A DNA stretch of 63,533 nucleotides, counting the filler, from Octopus bimaculoides (taxonomy: Eukaryota): NCBI RefSeq assembly GCF_001194135.2. It is 7 parts of 6 records of this genome, joined end to end, with 100 filler letters (N's around TTAATTAATTAA, not from the genome) between each part and the next. Parts side by side here need not be neighbours in the genome. Positions count along the whole stretch, not along the records: positions 55,485 to 62,054 come from NC_069008.1; positions 62,155 to 63,533 come from NC_069003.1; 5 more parts are not named here. The stretch is one strand, 5' to 3'. Shown here piece after piece: positions 61,060 through 63,533 of the stretch (its first letter is position 1; the number at the start of each line of letters is the position of its first letter). A program made the translations under genes and the position numbers. A model generated the notes under the pieces. That model was not told the origin of the DNA. It saw nothing but the letters and a program-made list of their open reading frames with translations, and searched no databases.

Positions 61060-61647
61060 CAGAAACAGAGTGAGAATTATGGTGGTATTACCTGTCTATC
61101 TGGAAGGGATCGCTAACAACTTCTACGTGCCTTGCCTACCGCCATACCGCCTGCTTATGTGGAAATGATCATCCACAGCGTCCACGTGCTGTCTGCTGCC
61201 GTACCTTCTAACAGGTCTACTCTCGTACGCTGTTCACTGCCAACTGCCCGCTCGCGCCTCGTCAAACCCACATGCCCATTGCAGTCTTTCCGGTGAGACC
61301 TGCAGGCCCCACTTACGACAGGACCAGCGTATTCCTTCACTTCCGGTCGCTCCCTCTAACACAACCTGATCTGAAGACCATTCAACCAACCTACCCAGCC
61401 CCTCTCCTCAACCCTGACCACACACAATAACCTGTCTCGTAATTAGACAACCAGTGAGGAGGGCACCTCTGCGACTGTTGTGAGACTTCATCACTTGCCT
61501 CGTTCCCTGGCTTCGTCCTCTTGTCCATTACTGTTGGCGCCATCCTCCGACGCATTGATGATCCTGCGCACATACAAAACATGATGTGACATGCCATCTA
61601 CGGACACATTGTTCCTTGAATTTACAGAGGTTATTGTCCCTTTTCTC
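61060..61647 (-). mobile_element. Ty3/Gypsy LTR retrotransposon relic (integrase C-terminus and probable LTR)
   Basis: KGTITSVNSRNNVSVDGMSHHVLYVRR followed by SQQSQRCPPHWLSNYE resembles the RRSxR..PP.WL.DY tail of Gypsy pol. GC-rich downstream segment. Confidence 0.6.
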
Positions 61648-61890
61648 GGATCTTGTTCAAAACGGGGGAACCAGTGTTTTCTTAACGAAACACTTTGAAA
61701 CTTGGGATATTGGTAGAATGTGTCATATAAAACATCTTTTTCTCTTAGTCTTCTTAACAAAAAAACGTACATCGCAAGTTATTTCATGTTAAAGTTGTCG
61801 TATTTCTGTAATTTCAACCAATGACTGACGTCCATTCAGCCGTAAAAATTAAGTGCTGACTGTGTAAACAAACGATTCGCGGCGGTGATA
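61648..61890. mobile_element. Merlin-like MITE copy 3, diverged and truncated, inverted orientation
   Basis: Starts GGATCTTGTTCAAAACGGGGGAACC; body matches the reverse complement of the right part of copies 1 and 2. Confidence 0.8.
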
Positions 61891-62054
61891 AAATTATTAT
61901 TTCCTTGTCAAAAAATGGCTGAAGCATATTGGCAGTAGCTAATAAACCTTTCTATTATAGGCACAAGGCATGGTTTTTGAGGGAAGGAGCAAGTCGGTTA
62001 GGGTTAGGTAAAACGAACACACGTCTGTTGCCTCTGAATATTTTTATTATGATC

Positions 62055-62154
62055 NNNNNNNNNNNNNNNNNNNNNNNNNNNNNNNNNNNNNNNNNNNNTT
62101 AATTAATTAANNNNNNNNNNNNNNNNNNNNNNNNNNNNNNNNNNNNNNNNNNNN
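62055..62154. other. Artificial scaffold-joining spacer
   Basis: 44N-TTAATTAATTAA-44N. Confidence 0.95.
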
Positions 62155-62910
62155 ATATGCTCCACAAGGGAAAACAAGGAACATTGTTTACAACGAGGTG
62201 TTATAATCACAACAGCAAGAAAGTATGTACATGATCACCTTCTTTTACGAAACTTCATTGACTTTCATATATTTATATTGATATACATATATATACGTGT
62301 GTTTGGGTGCGTGTGTGTATATACATCTCTATATATAAAGATGATGCGTAGTCTAGACGGCGTTTTTAGATTTCATTATTCTCTTTAACCCGGGCAACGC
62401 CGGGTATTTCTCCTAGTATATATATATATGTGTGTGTGTGTGTTTATGTGTATATATATACACATGTATGTATGTATGTATGTAAATACTTTTAATTAAT
62501 ATTTGGTAATAGTAGCAGAGTGACCAGAGTGCGTGTGTGTGTGTGTGTGTGTGTGTATCTGAGTGTGTGTGTGTGTATGATTACAAAGCGAATGTCCACA
62601 GTGATACCGCGAACCGTTCAACAATTTGTTGGACCATCTTAATATGGACGCCGGAGACAATCGTTGCAAATGGCAACCCGATGGCTGAGTAAATTTATTA
62701 AAAATAGATAAAAAATAATCATACCAGATTCTTAATTACTCTTAGGAATCGTTTCTAATTCAGGTCGAAGGTTAGCAATTTTCAGCGGAAGAGTAAGTCG
62801 ATGACAACAACCGAAGAAATTGGCCTCCACCTTTCTTCCTATCGTTCACAAAAAGTAAAGTTGATCCAGGATGAATACAAAAAAAAAAAAAAAAAGAAGG
62901 TAAAGAACTG

Positions 62911-63114
62911 GTATATAAAATTATTTCTGATTTAATCAAAAGGCCAGCAAATTTGAGAGTAAAACTAAGAGAATGACAACGGCTGCAGAACTTGGCCTGT
63001 ATTTTAGTCTGTGGCCCCCGGTAAATCTCATCCTGGCTGGATTATGGACTCAGATGAGCTGGGCTATAAAATTATCTCTGATTTAATCACAAAGCCAGCA
63101 AATCCGAGTAGAGG
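62911..63114. repeat. ~50-bp direct repeat at ~150-bp spacing
   Basis: TATAAAATTAT.TCTGATTTAATCA.AA.GCCAGCAAAT occurs at ~62913 and ~63065. Confidence 0.7.
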
Positions 63115-63533
63115 GCTCTTTCGACTATATTGGCCCCAGTTGCTTGACTGGTAATTCATTTTATTGAGTTAGGAAGTATGAAGAGTAAAGTTAACCTCGA
63201 CTGGATTTGAACTCAAAACAAAGAGCGCCAAAATATATACCACTAATGTATGTGCCACCGACACTCTAACGTTTCTGCCCATTCACCGTCCCTATATTTT
63301 CTAAGATAGTCACAATGTCTTATAGAGTGGAATAATCATTTTAATCGGTGTTTGTATTTGAATAGTATTTTAATTTATCGACCGCGGAGAGATGAAAGCA
63401 GAGCTGGATTAAAATTCACAGAGGCTCTAAGCTTTTAAAAGATTTTGGTGGCCCCCACATATAATGCAAAATATAAAAAATAATAAACCATAAAATAAAT
63501 CTTGATTTTTCAAAATGAAACAAATCTAACAGT

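Overview
AT-rich, microsatellite- and transposon-dense animal DNA. The repeat content and zinc-finger style point to an octopod cephalopod (inference). The window is not one locus. Six identical 100-bp spacers (44 N + TTAATTAATTAA + 44 N) join seven separate scaffold pieces: 1-15116, 15217-28319, 28420-37811, 37912-50918, 51019-55384, 55485-62054 and 62155-63533. Confident coding features are the last two exons of transketolase (17762-17978 and 19752-19924, +) and a C2H2 zinc-finger array (55485-56144, -). An unidentified 72-aa terminal exon (24162-24380, -) converges on transketolase and is missed by the ORF track. Several weaker orphan exon candidates are also present. Most of the rest is mobile DNA: several tRNA-headed SINE families, RTE, Tx1/L1 and R4/Dong LINE relics, a Gypsy integrase tail, and foldback elements. 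The most notable observations are four. (1) A Merlin-like MITE with 37-bp TIRs and 8-bp TSDs carries a telomeric-repeat hairpin core. (2) A tRNA-headed element with a Penelope-type minimal hammerhead ribozyme fold lies in sense orientation in the last transketolase intron. (3) A long foldback is centred on a tRNA-Thr-like cloverleaf. (4) The zinc-finger array has a 252-bp higher-order repeat, with AAG/GAG linker variants that overlap consensus splice donors. No database searches were run; family assignments come from motif recognition.
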